Origin: Bacteroidia bacterium
GTDB lineage: Bacteria > Bacteroidota > Bacteroidia > B-17B0 > Aurantibacillaceae
DNA length: 64,000 nt
Direction: 5' to 3'
NCBI GenBank assembly: GCA_025362575.1
Contig: JANYIQ010000020.1
Span: 14,450 to 78,449, forward strand
In this document: piece after piece, positions 16,915 to 27,925 of the stretch
How the letters are laid out: the number at the start of each line of letters is the position of its first letter
How positions within the stretch are numbered: the first letter of the stretch is position 1
Program-made: the position numbers and the translations under genes
The notes under the pieces: model-generated
Seen by the model: the letters and a program-made list of their open reading frames with translations, nothing else
What the model was told of the DNA's origin: nothing
Databases searched by the model: none

Positions 16915-18306
16915 TTAGCTCTTTAAAAACCCCAATAACTTCTCAACACTAACTTTGGCATCGCCATAAAGCATTTCCGAATTTGGTTTGTAGAACAAAG
17001 GATTGTCTTCGCCTGAATACCCAGCCGACATAGAACGTTTCATGATGATCACTTTTTCTGCTTTCCATACTTCAATAACCGGCATTCCGTATATTGAACT
17101 TGCAGGATCGTCTTGTGCACTTGGATTTACAACGTCGTTCGCTCCAATTACCATTACTACATCTGTACTTGGCATATCTTCATTGATCTCATCCATTTCT
17201 AAAACAATATCGTAAGGTACATTTGCTTCTGCTAACAATACGTTCATGTGGCCAGGTAAACGGCCGGCTACAGGGTGAATGGCAAAGCGTACATTTTTTC
17301 CTGCTTTGCGTAAAGTTTGTACCATGTCATAAATCGGATATTGTGCCTTTGCTACCGCCATTCCATAACCCGGAACAATAACAACCGATTTCGCTTCTTT
17401 TAATAAAGCAGAAACTTCTTCATGATTTAAGGCTGTTACTTCACCTTCAATCGCTTTTGCTTCTCCTTTAGGTGCATTTCCAAAACCACCTAAAATTACT
17501 GAGAAGAAAGAACGGTTCATGGCGTGACACATGTGAATGGACAGAATAGCTCCTGAACTACCAACCAATGCGCCGGTAACAATTAACAGATCATTACCCA
17601 ACATAAAACCTGCTGCCGATGCTGCCCAACCTGAGTATGAGTTTAGCATCGAAACTACTACCGGCATATCTCCACCGCCAATTGCCATTACTAGCATCAC
17701 TCCAATAAAGGAAGAAATAGCCGTCATAATATATAAATGAATTAAACCATCTGTGCCATGCGCCATCGCAAATAGAACACCTAACACAACGCATACTAAC
17801 AATAATGCAACATTTACCGCATGTCTTCCAGGATACAATAATGCTTTGCTTCCTATCTTTCCTTCTAATTTCCCCCATGCAATTATAGAACCTGTAAATG
17901 TTATGGCACCAATAAAAATACCGATATACACCTCTACTAAGTGAATCGTGTGCGCTGCTCCTTGAAGCGATTGTGTTTTAGGGTCCAGATAAGAACCAAA
18001 ACCAACCAACACCGCTGCTAATCCAACAAAACTATGTAAGATAGCAACCAGCTGAGGCATGGATGTCATTTCTACTTTGCGGGCAAGCATTAAGCCAATT
18101 ACGGAAGCAATGGCAATCGCCGCTATGATATAAACTTGTCCTGCAACACCTTCTCCAAGTACGGTAGCTAAAATAGCAATTGCCATACCTATGATGCCGT
18201 AAAACACACCGCGTTTTGCAGATTCTTGCGAGGATAAACTTCCTAAACTTAAAATGAACAGGATACTTGCAAATAAATATGCTGCTGTTTGAATTCCTAT
18301 AGTCAT
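16915..18306 (-). CDS. pntB: NAD(P) transhydrogenase subunit beta
   Basis: Multi-TM N-terminal half and a C-terminal NADP(H)-binding dIII domain ([22 protein letters not shown]). Confidence 0.9.
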   Translation of the reverse strand: MTIGIQTAAYLFASILFILSLGSLSSQESAKRGVFYGIIGMAIAILATVLGEGVAGQVYIIAAIAIASVIGLMLARKVEMTSMPQLVAILHSFVGLAAVLVGFGSYLDPKTQSLQGAAHTIHLVEVYIGIFIGAITFTGSIIAWGKLEGKIGSKALLYPGRHAVNVALLLVCVVLGVLFAMAHGTDGLIHLYIMTAISSFIGVMLVMAIGGGDMPVVVSMLNSYSGWAASAAGFMLGNDLLIVTGALVGSSGAILSIHMCHAMNRSFFSVILGGFGNAPKGEAKAIEGEVTALNHEEVSALLKEAKSVVIVPGYGMAVAKAQYPIYDMVQTLRKAGKNVRFAIHPVAGRLPGHMNVLLAEANVPYDIVLEMDEINEDMPSTDVVMVIGANDVVNPSAQDDPASSIYGMPVIEVWKAEKVIIMKRSMSAGYSGEDNPLFYKPNSEMLYGDAKVSVEKLLGFLKS

Positions 18307-18365
18307 AATCTCTTTTTAACTCTTTTAATATTTTTATTATTTTGTATTGTTGAAACTAAAACTTT

Positions 18366-19913
18366 TTATTTTTTGAACATTTTCAACATACGGTGAGTAA
18401 CAACAAATCCTCCAACAATATTAATGCTGGCAACCAAAATGGCAATAACAGCTATCACGGTAACAGGGTTTGTAATATCGTTTGTTGTTTGCAATAAACC
18501 ACCAATTACAATGATCCCGCTGATCGCGTTGGTTACCGCCATTAAAGGGGTGTGCAATGAATGCGACACATTTGTTATCAATTGCCAGCCTACAAATACT
18601 GCCAAAATAAATACGGTGAAATGTTGTATGAATTCAGGTGGTGCAGTACGGCCCACCAAAAATAATAAGGCACCAACTACTCCTAGTGTAATGATCATTG
18701 AAGTGCTTTCTTTTTTTGATTTTTCTGCATCAGATGCTTTAACTTCCTCTGCTGTTGGCGGCACTACTTTTACTTTTCCACCTGCAATTGGACTAACAGG
18801 AAGTGGTGCGGGTGGCCAATTAACCTTACCGTTATAAGTTACCATTGCTCTCGACACAACAGCATCTTCCATGTCAATTTTCCATTTTTCAGCTTTACCC
18901 ATGTCATCTAATAAATGACATAAGTTGTTTCCATATAATTGTGAAGCCTGACTTGGTAACTGACTTAATTTACCAACCATGGTAACTCCATTATCGGTTG
19001 TATAAACTTCTCCGTTCTTGGTAAGAGCACAGTTACCGCCGGTTGATGCAGCAAGATCCACAATAACCGAGCCCGGTTTCATTGCAGCTACGTGATAATC
19101 CATCCATAATTTCGGAGCCGGTCTGCCCGGAATCTGTGCAGTGGTAATTACGATATCAACTTCTTTCGCTTGTTCTGAAAATAATTTCATTTCAGCTTCA
19201 ATGAATTCTTTACTCATTTCCTTTGAATAACCTGATGAAGTTGCACCATCTTCATTTATTTCTACTGTAAGAAACTGAGCGCCCATGGATTCAATTTGCT
19301 CGGCAACTTCCTTACGTGTGTCAAATGCTCTAACGATAGCTCCTAATGAATTAGCAGCTCCGATCGCCGCTAAACCTGCAACACCTGCGCCGATGACTAA
19401 TACCTTTGCCGGTTCTACTTTTCCGGCAGCAGTGATCTGACCGTTTAAAAATCTTCCAAAATGAAACGAACCTTCAATAACAGCTCTGTATCCTGCAATG
19501 TTTGCCATGGAAGACAACACATCCATTTTTTGTGCGCGAGATATACGAGGGATCGCATCCATCGCAACGGCATTCACTTTTTTATCTGCTAATTTTTTTA
19601 ATAGGTCTTGATTTTGTGCCGGCCATAAATAGCTTAGCATTACCAAACCTTCTTTCATCATATCTACTTCTTCCATCGAAGGTTCTTTAACCTTCAGTAC
19701 TATGTCTGATTTGCCATAAATATCTGCAGCAGTCTGAACTATTTTGGCTCCGGCTTCTTCAAATTCTTTATCGGAAAAATTTGCTTTTACTCCTGCATTG
19801 TGCTGAATGTAAACTTCAAATCCCTGCTTTTGCAATCGTTTGACTGTTTTAGGAGTTGCGGCAACTCTTAACTCATTTGGGGATATTTCCGAAGGAATTC
19901 CGACTTTCATCAT
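18366..19913 (-). CDS. pntA: NAD(P) transhydrogenase subunit alpha (fused alpha1/alpha2)
   Basis: AlaDH/PNT N-domain, NAD motif [15 protein letters not shown], four C-terminal TM helices. Confidence 0.9.
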   Translation of the reverse strand: MMKVGIPSEISPNELRVAATPKTVKRLQKQGFEVYIQHNAGVKANFSDKEFEEAGAKIVQTAADIYGKSDIVLKVKEPSMEEVDMMKEGLVMLSYLWPAQNQDLLKKLADKKVNAVAMDAIPRISRAQKMDVLSSMANIAGYRAVIEGSFHFGRFLNGQITAAGKVEPAKVLVIGAGVAGLAAIGAANSLGAIVRAFDTRKEVAEQIESMGAQFLTVEINEDGATSSGYSKEMSKEFIEAEMKLFSEQAKEVDIVITTAQIPGRPAPKLWMDYHVAAMKPGSVIVDLAASTGGNCALTKNGEVYTTDNGVTMVGKLSQLPSQASQLYGNNLCHLLDDMGKAEKWKIDMEDAVVSRAMVTYNGKVNWPPAPLPVSPIAGGKVKVVPPTAEEVKASDAEKSKKESTSMIITLGVVGALLFLVGRTAPPEFIQHFTVFILAVFVGWQLITNVSHSLHTPLMAVTNAISGIIVIGGLLQTTNDITNPVTVIAVIAILVASINIVGGFVVTHRMLKMFKK

Positions 19914-19986
19914 AATCTAATTTTAGTGTAGCAAATAAATAAAAAAATATCGAATAATGCGAATTGTTTGTTAACAAAATACGGGT

Positions 19987-20886
19987 TTAGGCCCAAAAAT
20001 CGTAGTAATTGAACCATTGGTGAGGGTATAGTTTTACTCGCTCTTCCAGTTCTTTAACGTAGCGATCCAGCATCATTTTGCAGGCTGCCTCCACTTCTTT
20101 TTCTCCTCGGGCGCGAGGTACTTGTATGGGCTCGGTTGAATAAAATGCATAGGTTTTAGCATTGATCTTATTGGCAAATACAATGCATAAAGGCACCCCG
20201 AATTTGGCAGCCATTATAAAAGGCCCTGCAGGAAATTTAGCCGGCTTGCCAAAGAAATTGGCAGTCAATGTTTTTGCTCCTTCGCGATGTCTGTCACCAT
20301 GCATTACCAGCAATTCGTTATTACCAAAGGCTTTATGTAATTCAATAATATGACTTTTTGTTTCTTCGTTAATGGCAATGATGTTTATTTTTTTCTTTTT
20401 CATCACCTCGTTCATGTAATCTTTGAGATTAGCTTTTTCGTTCTCGTACATCAAAACATTAAATGCCGTATTTAAACGGTTGAGTCCCTGACCTGCAATT
20501 TCCCAGTTACCTGTATGCGCGCTCACTAAAATACCACCCTTGCCAAGCTTGGCAATTTCATCGAGCACTGCGCCGTTATGGCGTTCAATTTTGAAATCTA
20601 CTTTAGCGCCGATCATCATTGCCGTTTTATCTAAAATGGTCTGGGCGAAAATAAAATTGTTCTTGTAAACAGCGAAAAAGGCCTTTGTTTTAGAGTATCC
20701 CAGGGCAGTAATAAAAAACTGACGGATGTATTTATTGGGCTTACTAAAAAGAAAATAATAAAAGGAAACAAAACGTGAAATAAAATAAGCAGGCGCTAAT
20801 CCAAACGTATTAAGTATAAATACGAATATTTTATAACCTAAAACTTTTCCTTTTGATTGCCCTTCCCATTGGTTCTTATTTTTCAT
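19987..20886 (-). CDS. LpxL/HtrB-like lysophospholipid/lipid A acyltransferase-family protein (pigment-cluster acyltransferase)
   Basis: 299 aa. N-terminal TM segment and an HX4D/E-type motif, SAHTGNWE. Last gene of the TAL-FabG-KS-ACP string. Confidence 0.65.
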   Translation of the reverse strand: MKNKNQWEGQSKGKVLGYKIFVFILNTFGLAPAYFISRFVSFYYFLFSKPNKYIRQFFITALGYSKTKAFFAVYKNNFIFAQTILDKTAMMIGAKVDFKIERHNGAVLDEIAKLGKGGILVSAHTGNWEIAGQGLNRLNTAFNVLMYENEKANLKDYMNEVMKKKKINIIAINEETKSHIIELHKAFGNNELLVMHGDRHREGAKTLTANFFGKPAKFPAGPFIMAAKFGVPLCIVFANKINAKTYAFYSTEPIQVPRARGEKEVEAACKMMLDRYVKELEERVKLYPHQWFNYYDFWA

Positions 20887-20917
20887 GGTTATCCTTTTAA
20901 AAAGGGTGGGATAACGT

Positions 20918-21178
20918 TTAGGCTACGTGAGATTTTTCCTGAATTTTATTAAAACAGTATTCGTAAAAATCGTTGAATGTATGAATGTTAAGAAAATCTT
21001 CGCCTTTAACCTTGAAACCAAAATTGCTTTCAATAACCACCACTAAGTCAACATAATCTAAACTATCCAAGTCTAATGTTTCGCGTAAGTTTGCATTAAG
21101 AGTAATTTTTGATCCGTCAACTTCAAACTCATCAATAAAAAAAGAATTGCTCTTTTCAATAATCTCGTCTTTTGTCAT
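20918..21178 (-). CDS. acyl carrier protein
   Basis: 86 aa. Phosphopantetheine attachment motif LDLDSLDYVDLV. Confidence 0.8.
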   Translation of the reverse strand: MTKDEIIEKSNSFFIDEFEVDGSKITLNANLRETLDLDSLDYVDLVVVIESNFGFKVKGEDFLNIHTFNDFYEYCFNKIQEKSHVA

Positions 21179-21201
21179 AGCTTTTTAAATCGGGTACAAA
21201 T

Positions 21202-22422
21202 TTAATTATATTTCTTGATAATTAAGGTGGAATTTGTACCCCCGAAGCCAAAACTGTTTGATAGTACGGTATTTAGCTTTTGTTGCTTGGTTTTGCTGAT
21301 AATATTGAGTTTTGCCGAGTCTTCATCAGGGTTTTCGAAGTTGATATTAGGGGCAATGAAGTCGTTTTGCATCATTAAAAGCGAATAAACGATCTCGCTG
21401 GCTCCTGCCATCCAGCATTCGTGCCCGGTCATGGATTTGGTAGAACTTACCGGGGTTTTATACTCCCCAAATAATTGGCTTAATGCCTGAGCTTCAACCT
21501 TATCGCCGCCTGGAGTAGAGGTAGCGTGCGCATTAATGTAATCGATGTCTTTTGGTGATAAACCGGCATCTTTCAGGGCTAAAGACAGCGAACGAACCTG
21601 TCCGTCGACGTTGGAGTTTGAAATATGCTCACCATTTGATGAAAAGCCATATCCAACCACTTCAGCTAAAATTGGCGCACCGCGTTTTAGGGCAGAATCT
21701 AAACTTTCTAAAATAACAGTCGCTCCGCCACCGCTTGGAACAAGACCATCACGATCTCTGTCGAATGGTTTTGAAGCTTTGGTAGGATTATCTTCTTTAA
21801 TGGAGAAAGCGCTTAAGCCATCGAAAGCACCAAATGTGTTTTCGTTCACTTCCTGCGCGCCGCCGCAAATAATATGATTTTGCAAACCCCACTTGATCAT
21901 TAAATAGCCCATGCCAATTGAGTGTGAGCCACTGGCACAGGCTGCGCTTAATGTAAAATTGATACCTTTTAATTTAAATATGGTTGAAAGATTCATGGTA
22001 ACCGTGCAATTCATGGTTTGAAAAATGGCACCTGAACCTAATAACGTAGTGTCTTTTTTAGCGCGAATGGTATCAATGGCCTCCATGGTTGCTTTTGCAA
22101 CGCTGTCGTTACCATAAATAATGCCCACTTCGTTCTTCTCAATAAAATCCATTTCCATTTTCGCAACTTTCATGGCTTCGATGGTTGCCATGTAAGCATA
22201 TTCGGCAGGTTCTGCCATACCCACACGGGCTCTGCGATCCAATAAACCTTTTAGCTGTGGTCTTTCAATTATTCCGGTTAAAGCCGAGCGATAACCCAGT
22301 TCTTTACGCTTTGGATCGAAACCAATTCCTGATCTTCCTTCAAAAAGAGAATTCTTCACGTCATCAAGGTTTTTCCCTAAACACGACCAAATTCCCATTC
22401 CTGTTATTACTACTCTATTCAT
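21202..22422 (-). CDS. beta-ketoacyl-ACP synthase (KAS I/II type)
   Basis: Active-site Cys in SAACASGSHSIG. His-His pair in NAHATSTPGGD and MTGHECWMAGA. Confidence 0.9.
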   Translation of the reverse strand: MNRVVITGMGIWSCLGKNLDDVKNSLFEGRSGIGFDPKRKELGYRSALTGIIERPQLKGLLDRRARVGMAEPAEYAYMATIEAMKVAKMEMDFIEKNEVGIIYGNDSVAKATMEAIDTIRAKKDTTLLGSGAIFQTMNCTVTMNLSTIFKLKGINFTLSAACASGSHSIGMGYLMIKWGLQNHIICGGAQEVNENTFGAFDGLSAFSIKEDNPTKASKPFDRDRDGLVPSGGGATVILESLDSALKRGAPILAEVVGYGFSSNGEHISNSNVDGQVRSLSLALKDAGLSPKDIDYINAHATSTPGGDKVEAQALSQLFGEYKTPVSSTKSMTGHECWMAGASEIVYSLLMMQNDFIAPNINFENPDEDSAKLNIISKTKQQKLNTVLSNSFGFGGTNSTLIIKKYN

Positions 22423-22427
22423 TTCAA

Positions 22428-22490
22428 TTTTAGAATTTTAGATTTTTAGAATCTTAGAACCACTATAAACATAATTCTAAAATTCTAAAA
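22428..22490. repeat. perfect 15-bp inverted repeat TTTTAGAATTTTAGA / TCTAAAATTCTAAAA built from TTTTAGAA units, in the FabG-KS intergenic spacer
   Basis: Arms at 22428-22442 and 22476-22490, read directly. Extra TTTTTAGAA and TCTTAGAA units lie between them. Confidence 0.8.
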
Positions 22491-22501
22491 ATCAAAAATT
22501 C

Positions 22502-23230
22502 TTAACTATATAAACCGCCATTTACCGAGATCACTTGCCCAGTAATGTAAGTAGAATCTTTACTTACTAAAAATCCAACAACACTTGCTACTTCTTCCGC
22601 TTCTCCAAAACGATTCATTGGGATCATGCCTTTGATTTGATCTTCGGGTAGATCCTGTGTCATTTCGGTTTTGATAAAACCGGGAGCAACTGCATTTACA
22701 GTTATGCCGCGCTTTCCAACTTCCTGCGCCAATGCTTTTGTTGCCGCAATTACCGCACCTTTAGAAGCTGAGTAATTGGTTTGTCCCGGCAATCCTTTTA
22801 ATCCTGATAAGGAAACAACATTTACCACCCTGCCTTTGCGTTTCACGAGCATGTCTTTAACAACTAGGCGCGATACAAAGAAAAATCCGTCGACTGCAGT
22901 GTCCATTACTTTGTGCCAGTCTTCGGGCGGCATCAATACCATGATGTTATCTCTTTTAATGCCGGCATTATTTACAAGAACAGAAATGGTTTTGTCTTTA
23001 TTTTCTTCCATCCATTTTCCAATGGTTGAATCAACGGCCTCCATATTGCTCACATCACATTTCAGTAATACTGCATCAACTCCTTTTGCTTTTACGGCAT
23101 CTGCAGTTTTTTTTGCTTCCTCATCATTGGAAGTATAATTAATGATGATGTTATAGCCCATGTCGGCTAATTTTAAACAAACCGCTTTCCCGATTCCTCT
23201 TGATCCACCTGTTATGAGTGCGTATTGCAT
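22502..23230 (-). CDS. fabG: 3-oxoacyl-ACP reductase
   Basis: TGGSRGIGKA cofactor motif and catalytic YSASKGA (YxxxK). Confidence 0.9.
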   Translation of the reverse strand: MQYALITGGSRGIGKAVCLKLADMGYNIIINYTSNDEEAKKTADAVKAKGVDAVLLKCDVSNMEAVDSTIGKWMEENKDKTISVLVNNAGIKRDNIMVLMPPEDWHKVMDTAVDGFFFVSRLVVKDMLVKRKGRVVNVVSLSGLKGLPGQTNYSASKGAVIAATKALAQEVGKRGITVNAVAPGFIKTEMTQDLPEDQIKGMIPMNRFGEAEEVASVVGFLVSKDSTYITGQVISVNGGLYS

Positions 23231-23254
23231 GATCTCTTTGTTTTAAATTTAATC

Positions 23255-24793
23255 CTATAATACCTCAATGTGATTCGAGAATATATGATCTCTCACCGCT
23301 TTCACATCTTTATATTTTGTGCTGTCTTCTTTAAATACAGGAAACACTTTTCTTAAATTCGTGTAGGCCTCTTTTGATTTTGTAGACAATTTATCTTCTA
23401 TTTTCAAATAATCGATGGCTTGTAAAATGGTCATCCATTCAATTGCCAGAACTTCATAACTGTTTAAAATTACTTTCTTGCAGATCAATGCGGCGTTAGC
23501 GCCCATGCTTACAATATCCTGATTATCGTTATTGCTTGGTATACTGTGAACATACATTGGGTTAGATAACATTTGGTTTTCGGCCGTTGTTGAAGTAGCG
23601 GTGAACTGCACGCCCTGCATGCCAAGATTCAATCCTAAAGTACCGTGATTGACAAACGGAGGCAAGATATTATTTAATTTATCGTTCAATAAAAAATTCA
23701 ATTGTCTTTCGGCAAGCATCGAAAGTTTAGTAATAGCAATTTTTAATTTATCCATTTCCAATGCAACATAATCGCCATGAAAATTACCACCATGATAAAC
23801 ATTCTTACGTTCCCAATCAACGATCGGATTATCGTTGGCCGAATTTATTTCGTTGATCAAAACTTCTTTGGCGTAAATAATGGTGTCTACAATTGGTCCT
23901 GCAATTTGCGGTACACAACGAATAGAATAATATTCCTGCATTTTCTCTACAAGAACATCTACTTCAACTTTTTGATTGTAATGATGTTCTTCTCTTTGCT
24001 TAACCATTTTACTGTCTTTCAAAACATTTTGTAATGCTTTCGAAACAGCGTTTTGTCCGTAATGATGTTTTACTTCATTCAATGGAGTAGAATAATGATC
24101 ATCAAAACTCTGAACGATCTCCATGATAACCGCTGAGGCCATAATGGACCAGTTCACAAGGTTTTCAGCGTAAATTACATTTAAAACACCAATGCCGCTC
24201 ATGGCTGAGGTTCCGTTCATTAAGGCAAGGCCTTCGCGAATGTGAACTTCCATGGGTTTTAAACCTTCTTTTGCAAAAACAGTTTTAGCATCGCAGATCT
24301 CGCCTTTGTACCAGACTTCGCCTTCGCCTATTAAACACAAAGCTAAATGTGCAAGCTGAACAAGATCGCCGCTTGCGCCTAAACCGCCGTGTTCGTATAT
24401 TACCGGAGAAATGTTTTTATTGATAAGATCCTTAATTAAGATCAAAGTATCAGGGTGAATGCCTGCAAAGCCTTGCAAGAGTGTGTTAAGCCTGGCCAGC
24501 ATTACGGCTTTACAATCTATTTCCGGGATGGGATTTCCTGCTCCTGAACAATGTGAGCGGATCAAATTATACTGAAGTTTTATCTGATCATCGTGATTGA
24601 TACGGTACTGTGCCATTGGCCCAAAGCCCGTGTTAATGCCGTAAATTAATTTTTCGCGGGTAAATTCTTTTAAAAAATAAAAACTGCGATAAACTTTTTT
24701 AATAGCATCGTCATCTAAATTTAATTGCAAATTGTTAATGAGTACTTTATAAAAGTCATCTGCCGATATTTTCTTGTCACCGATCTTTACCAT
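23255..24793 (-). CDS. aromatic amino acid ammonia-lyase, flexirubin-type tyrosine ammonia-lyase (HAL/PAL/TAL family)
   Basis: MIO-forming triad in GGLGASGDLVQLAHL. Long stretches (YGINTGFGPMAQYRI, LQYNLIRSH, NPMYVHSIPSNNDNQDIVSMG) match my memory of the Flavobacterium johnsoniae TAL. This needs alignment to confirm. Confidence 0.8.
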   Translation of the reverse strand: MVKIGDKKISADDFYKVLINNLQLNLDDDAIKKVYRSFYFLKEFTREKLIYGINTGFGPMAQYRINHDDQIKLQYNLIRSHCSGAGNPIPEIDCKAVMLARLNTLLQGFAGIHPDTLILIKDLINKNISPVIYEHGGLGASGDLVQLAHLALCLIGEGEVWYKGEICDAKTVFAKEGLKPMEVHIREGLALMNGTSAMSGIGVLNVIYAENLVNWSIMASAVIMEIVQSFDDHYSTPLNEVKHHYGQNAVSKALQNVLKDSKMVKQREEHHYNQKVEVDVLVEKMQEYYSIRCVPQIAGPIVDTIIYAKEVLINEINSANDNPIVDWERKNVYHGGNFHGDYVALEMDKLKIAITKLSMLAERQLNFLLNDKLNNILPPFVNHGTLGLNLGMQGVQFTATSTTAENQMLSNPMYVHSIPSNNDNQDIVSMGANAALICKKVILNSYEVLAIEWMTILQAIDYLKIEDKLSTKSKEAYTNLRKVFPVFKEDSTKYKDVKAVRDHIFSNHIEVL

Positions 24794-24902
24794 AAATTTT
24801 CGTAAGATTACAATATTACAAACAATTTTATAATAGGCATTGTCGGGTATTTAACAAACTCTGTTTTTTTGAAACATTTTATTAAAATACTCTAAATGCC
24901 CG

Positions 24903-24910
24903 TATATTTG
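24903..24910 (+). promoter_or_regulatory. -7 promoter box TATATTTG upstream of the methyltransferase gene
   Basis: Exact TAnnTTTG match 17 nt before ATG 24927. Confidence 0.4.
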
Positions 24911-24926
24911 TTTTTTAGCCAGGAAT

Positions 24927-25994
24927 ATGGAATTTTTCAAAAAAGACACTAAAACTGCAATGGAAGCCATTGATATGGCGCAATGGATCGCCTTTGCACC
25001 CGTGGTTTTTCAGGCTTCGGTGGCTTTACGCGACCTCGGAATTTTAGAAGCTGTTAAAGAAGGTGGGGTAGATGGATTAACACTTGAAGAGGTGCTTAAA
25101 AAAACTAAATTATCCACCTATGGTGCCCGCGTTCTAATGGAGGCGGCTCTTGGCATTGGTCTTTTAATAAAAAACAACGATAAATATTCGATCACAAATA
25201 CAGGCGTTTTCATTTTAAATGATGCCATGACGCGCGCAAACATGGATTTTACCCAGGATGTTTGTTATGCAGGTATGTATACCTTGAAAGACAGCATTCA
25301 AAAGGCAAAACCAACCGGCCTTGAGGTTTTTGGCGGCTGGAAAACTGTTTATGAAGCTTTAGCGCATTTACCGGAACAAGCACAAAAAAGTTGGTTCGCT
25401 TTTGATCATTTTTACAGCGATGGTTCTTTTCCTCAGGCCTTGCCCATCATATTTAAGCATAAACCAAAACATATTTTAGATATTGGCGGTAATACAGGAA
25501 AATTCACGCTTAAATGTGTTAATTATGACCCTGAGATTAAAATGACCATTTTAGATTTGCCGGGGCAATTGAACATGGCAAAAGAAAATATTTCAAAGGC
25601 GGGTTTTGCCGATAGAGTAAATTATCACGAAATAAATATTTTAGATGATTCACAAAAGTTTCCAAAAGGTGCTGATGCCATTTGGATGAGTCAGTTTTTA
25701 GATTGTTTTGGCGAAGATGAAATTGTTTCGATCCTAAAAAGATGTCATGAAGCCTTGAATCCGGATGGAAAAGTTTTTATCATGGAAACTTTCTGGGACA
25801 GACAACGATTTAAAACAGGAGCATTTAGTTTGCAAATGACCTCGTTGTATTTTACAAATATTGCTAACGGAAACTCTCAGATGTACGATTCACAAGTCTT
25901 CAATCGTTTGATCGATAAAGCAGGATTTAAAATTCAGGAGGAAACTGATAACATTGGAATAAGCCACACCATTCAGGTTTGCGCAAAAAAATAA
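24927..25994 (+). CDS. class I SAM-dependent methyltransferase with N-terminal winged-helix dimerisation domain (plant-type O-methyltransferase-like)
   Basis: SAM motif I ILDIGGNTG and acidic loop ILDLP. N-terminal segment typical of family-2 OMTs. Divergent from the TAL operon. Confidence 0.7.
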   Translation: MEFFKKDTKTAMEAIDMAQWIAFAPVVFQASVALRDLGILEAVKEGGVDGLTLEEVLKKTKLSTYGARVLMEAALGIGLLIKNNDKYSITNTGVFILNDAMTRANMDFTQDVCYAGMYTLKDSIQKAKPTGLEVFGGWKTVYEALAHLPEQAQKSWFAFDHFYSDGSFPQALPIIFKHKPKHILDIGGNTGKFTLKCVNYDPEIKMTILDLPGQLNMAKENISKAGFADRVNYHEINILDDSQKFPKGADAIWMSQFLDCFGEDEIVSILKRCHEALNPDGKVFIMETFWDRQRFKTGAFSLQMTSLYFTNIANGNSQMYDSQVFNRLIDKAGFKIQEETDNIGISHTIQVCAKK

Positions 25995-25999
25995 GTTAA

Positions 26000-27802
26000 T
26001 TAATCTCCTCCGGCCACTTCAAAGATCTTATTCATCTCAGCGCTGTACTTTTCCTTAATGATCTTTCGTTTCAAGCTTAATTTAGGAGTTAGTTCGCCGG
26101 TTTCAATTCCCCATTCTTTGTTCAGGATCTCGCAGCGTTTTAACTGTTCGTATGGAGCCAGTGTTTTGTTCATTGCTTTAACATGATCGTTAATTAACTT
26201 TTTCAGATCTTCGCTTTTTGCCATTTCATCATTGCCTTTCCATTCAATGTTATTGCCTTTGCAATACTCTTTGAAATTGCTAAAGTTAGGAACGAGGATG
26301 GCAGAAGCAAATTTCTGATTTTCGCCAATTACCATGCACTGTTCAATGTAACGGCATTCTTTTAATTTATTTTCAATTGCCAGCGGCGCAATGTATTTTC
26401 CTGCATTGGTTTTAAAGATCTCTTTTTTGCGATCGGTAATTTTCAAGAATTTATTTTCAACGAACATTCCTACATCTCCCGTATGAAACCATCCGTCTTT
26501 GTCAATTGCCTCGGAGGTTGCTTCCGGATTTTTGTAATAGCCCATCATTACACTTGGACCTTTCACAAGAATTTCTCCATCTTCTTCTGCAATTTTTACC
26601 TGTACACCATCCAGTAACTCTCCTACAGTTCCAATTCGGATGCCTTCTTTTCCAAAACGATTCACGCTAACTACAACGCAAGTTTCAGTTAAACCATAAC
26701 CTTGCAGCACAATAATATTGGCGCATAAAAATATGCGTTCTAATTTTGGATTAAGGGCGGCACCGCCTGATGCCATGCAAACTAAATTCCCGCCAACAGC
26801 ATTACGCCATTTGCTATACACCAATTTATCTGCAATTTTTCGTTTTAATTCGTAAACGGTTCCATTAGCGCCGTTCAATTCGTATTGCTCTGCAATTTTT
26901 ATACTCCAGTCGAACAGCCTGCGCTTAAAGCCTGTTAATTTTTCGCCGGTTGTGCAGATCTTTTCGTAAACGCGTTCGATCAGTCGTGGCACCGAAACAA
27001 ATATTTGCGGTTGTATCTCTTTTAAATTATCACCAATGGTTTCAAAGCCTTCTGCAAAATAAACCGAAACACCTTTAAATAAATATAAGGTGATCAGCAT
27101 GCGTTCGTAAACGTGATTCAATGGTAAAAAGCTAAGTGCTTTCCAGGATGAACTGATGGGAGCGAAATGCTGACAGCTTAGAACGTTTGCACACAGATTT
27201 CTGTGAGAAAGCATTACACCTTTTGGAGTGCCTGTTGTTCCTGAGGTGTAGAGTATGGTGAGTAAATGTTCAGGCGTAACCGTTTTTTTAATGGCTTCCA
27301 CTTTATCGGGTGCTGCATTTTTTTTGCCGAGCTCAATAAATTCATCGATGTGCATAACACCTTCGATCGTGTCAAAACAAATAATATTTTTTACAGTTGG
27401 AATTTCGGCTTCCATGGAAACCATTTTGGCATAAATAGCCTTATCTGAAATGAAAACGGCTTTTGCTTCGGAATGATTTAAAATAAATTTAAGATCGTGA
27501 TTGCTGGCTGTTGGAAAAACAGGAACGGTTACGCAATTGATCTGCTGGCAGCCGTAATCTGCAAATATCCATTCAGGACGATTATTTGAAACGATGGCTA
27601 CTTTATCGTTTTCTTTTAATCCAAGTGCAAGCAAACCATAACTGATCCAGTTACTCTGATCAATGAAATCGTTGCTGCTGTATTTTTTCCAGACTTTAGC
27701 TCTCTGCCCTTCAGTTAAGCTTACTTTTCCGCAAAGCAGATCCTCTTTGTAATATGTTTTCTTATGAAGATCTAAAATGTCAAATACTCTAGTAATTCCC
27801 AT
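26000..27802 (-). CDS. AMP-dependent synthetase/ligase (long-chain fatty acid-CoA ligase-like)
   Basis: AMP-binding motif ILYTSGTTGTPKGV and later GWFHTGD. Start moved to the ATG ending at 27802 (MGITRVFDIL), because the 28 upstream codons look non-coding. Confidence 0.85.
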   Translation of the reverse strand: MGITRVFDILDLHKKTYYKEDLLCGKVSLTEGQRAKVWKKYSSNDFIDQSNWISYGLLALGLKENDKVAIVSNNRPEWIFADYGCQQINCVTVPVFPTASNHDLKFILNHSEAKAVFISDKAIYAKMVSMEAEIPTVKNIICFDTIEGVMHIDEFIELGKKNAAPDKVEAIKKTVTPEHLLTILYTSGTTGTPKGVMLSHRNLCANVLSCQHFAPISSSWKALSFLPLNHVYERMLITLYLFKGVSVYFAEGFETIGDNLKEIQPQIFVSVPRLIERVYEKICTTGEKLTGFKRRLFDWSIKIAEQYELNGANGTVYELKRKIADKLVYSKWRNAVGGNLVCMASGGAALNPKLERIFLCANIIVLQGYGLTETCVVVSVNRFGKEGIRIGTVGELLDGVQVKIAEEDGEILVKGPSVMMGYYKNPEATSEAIDKDGWFHTGDVGMFVENKFLKITDRKKEIFKTNAGKYIAPLAIENKLKECRYIEQCMVIGENQKFASAILVPNFSNFKEYCKGNNIEWKGNDEMAKSEDLKKLINDHVKAMNKTLAPYEQLKRCEILNKEWGIETGELTPKLSLKRKIIKEKYSAEMNKIFEVAGGD

Positions 27803-27925
27803 AGTACCAAATATAATAGAATTTATTCGGGAAACGAATTCGAATGAAAAGATGTATGAGCTTGATGCAAATTTGAGTAAAAACATGAAAATTTCTATGT
27901 ATTTTTATGTTTTCAATTATTAGTC

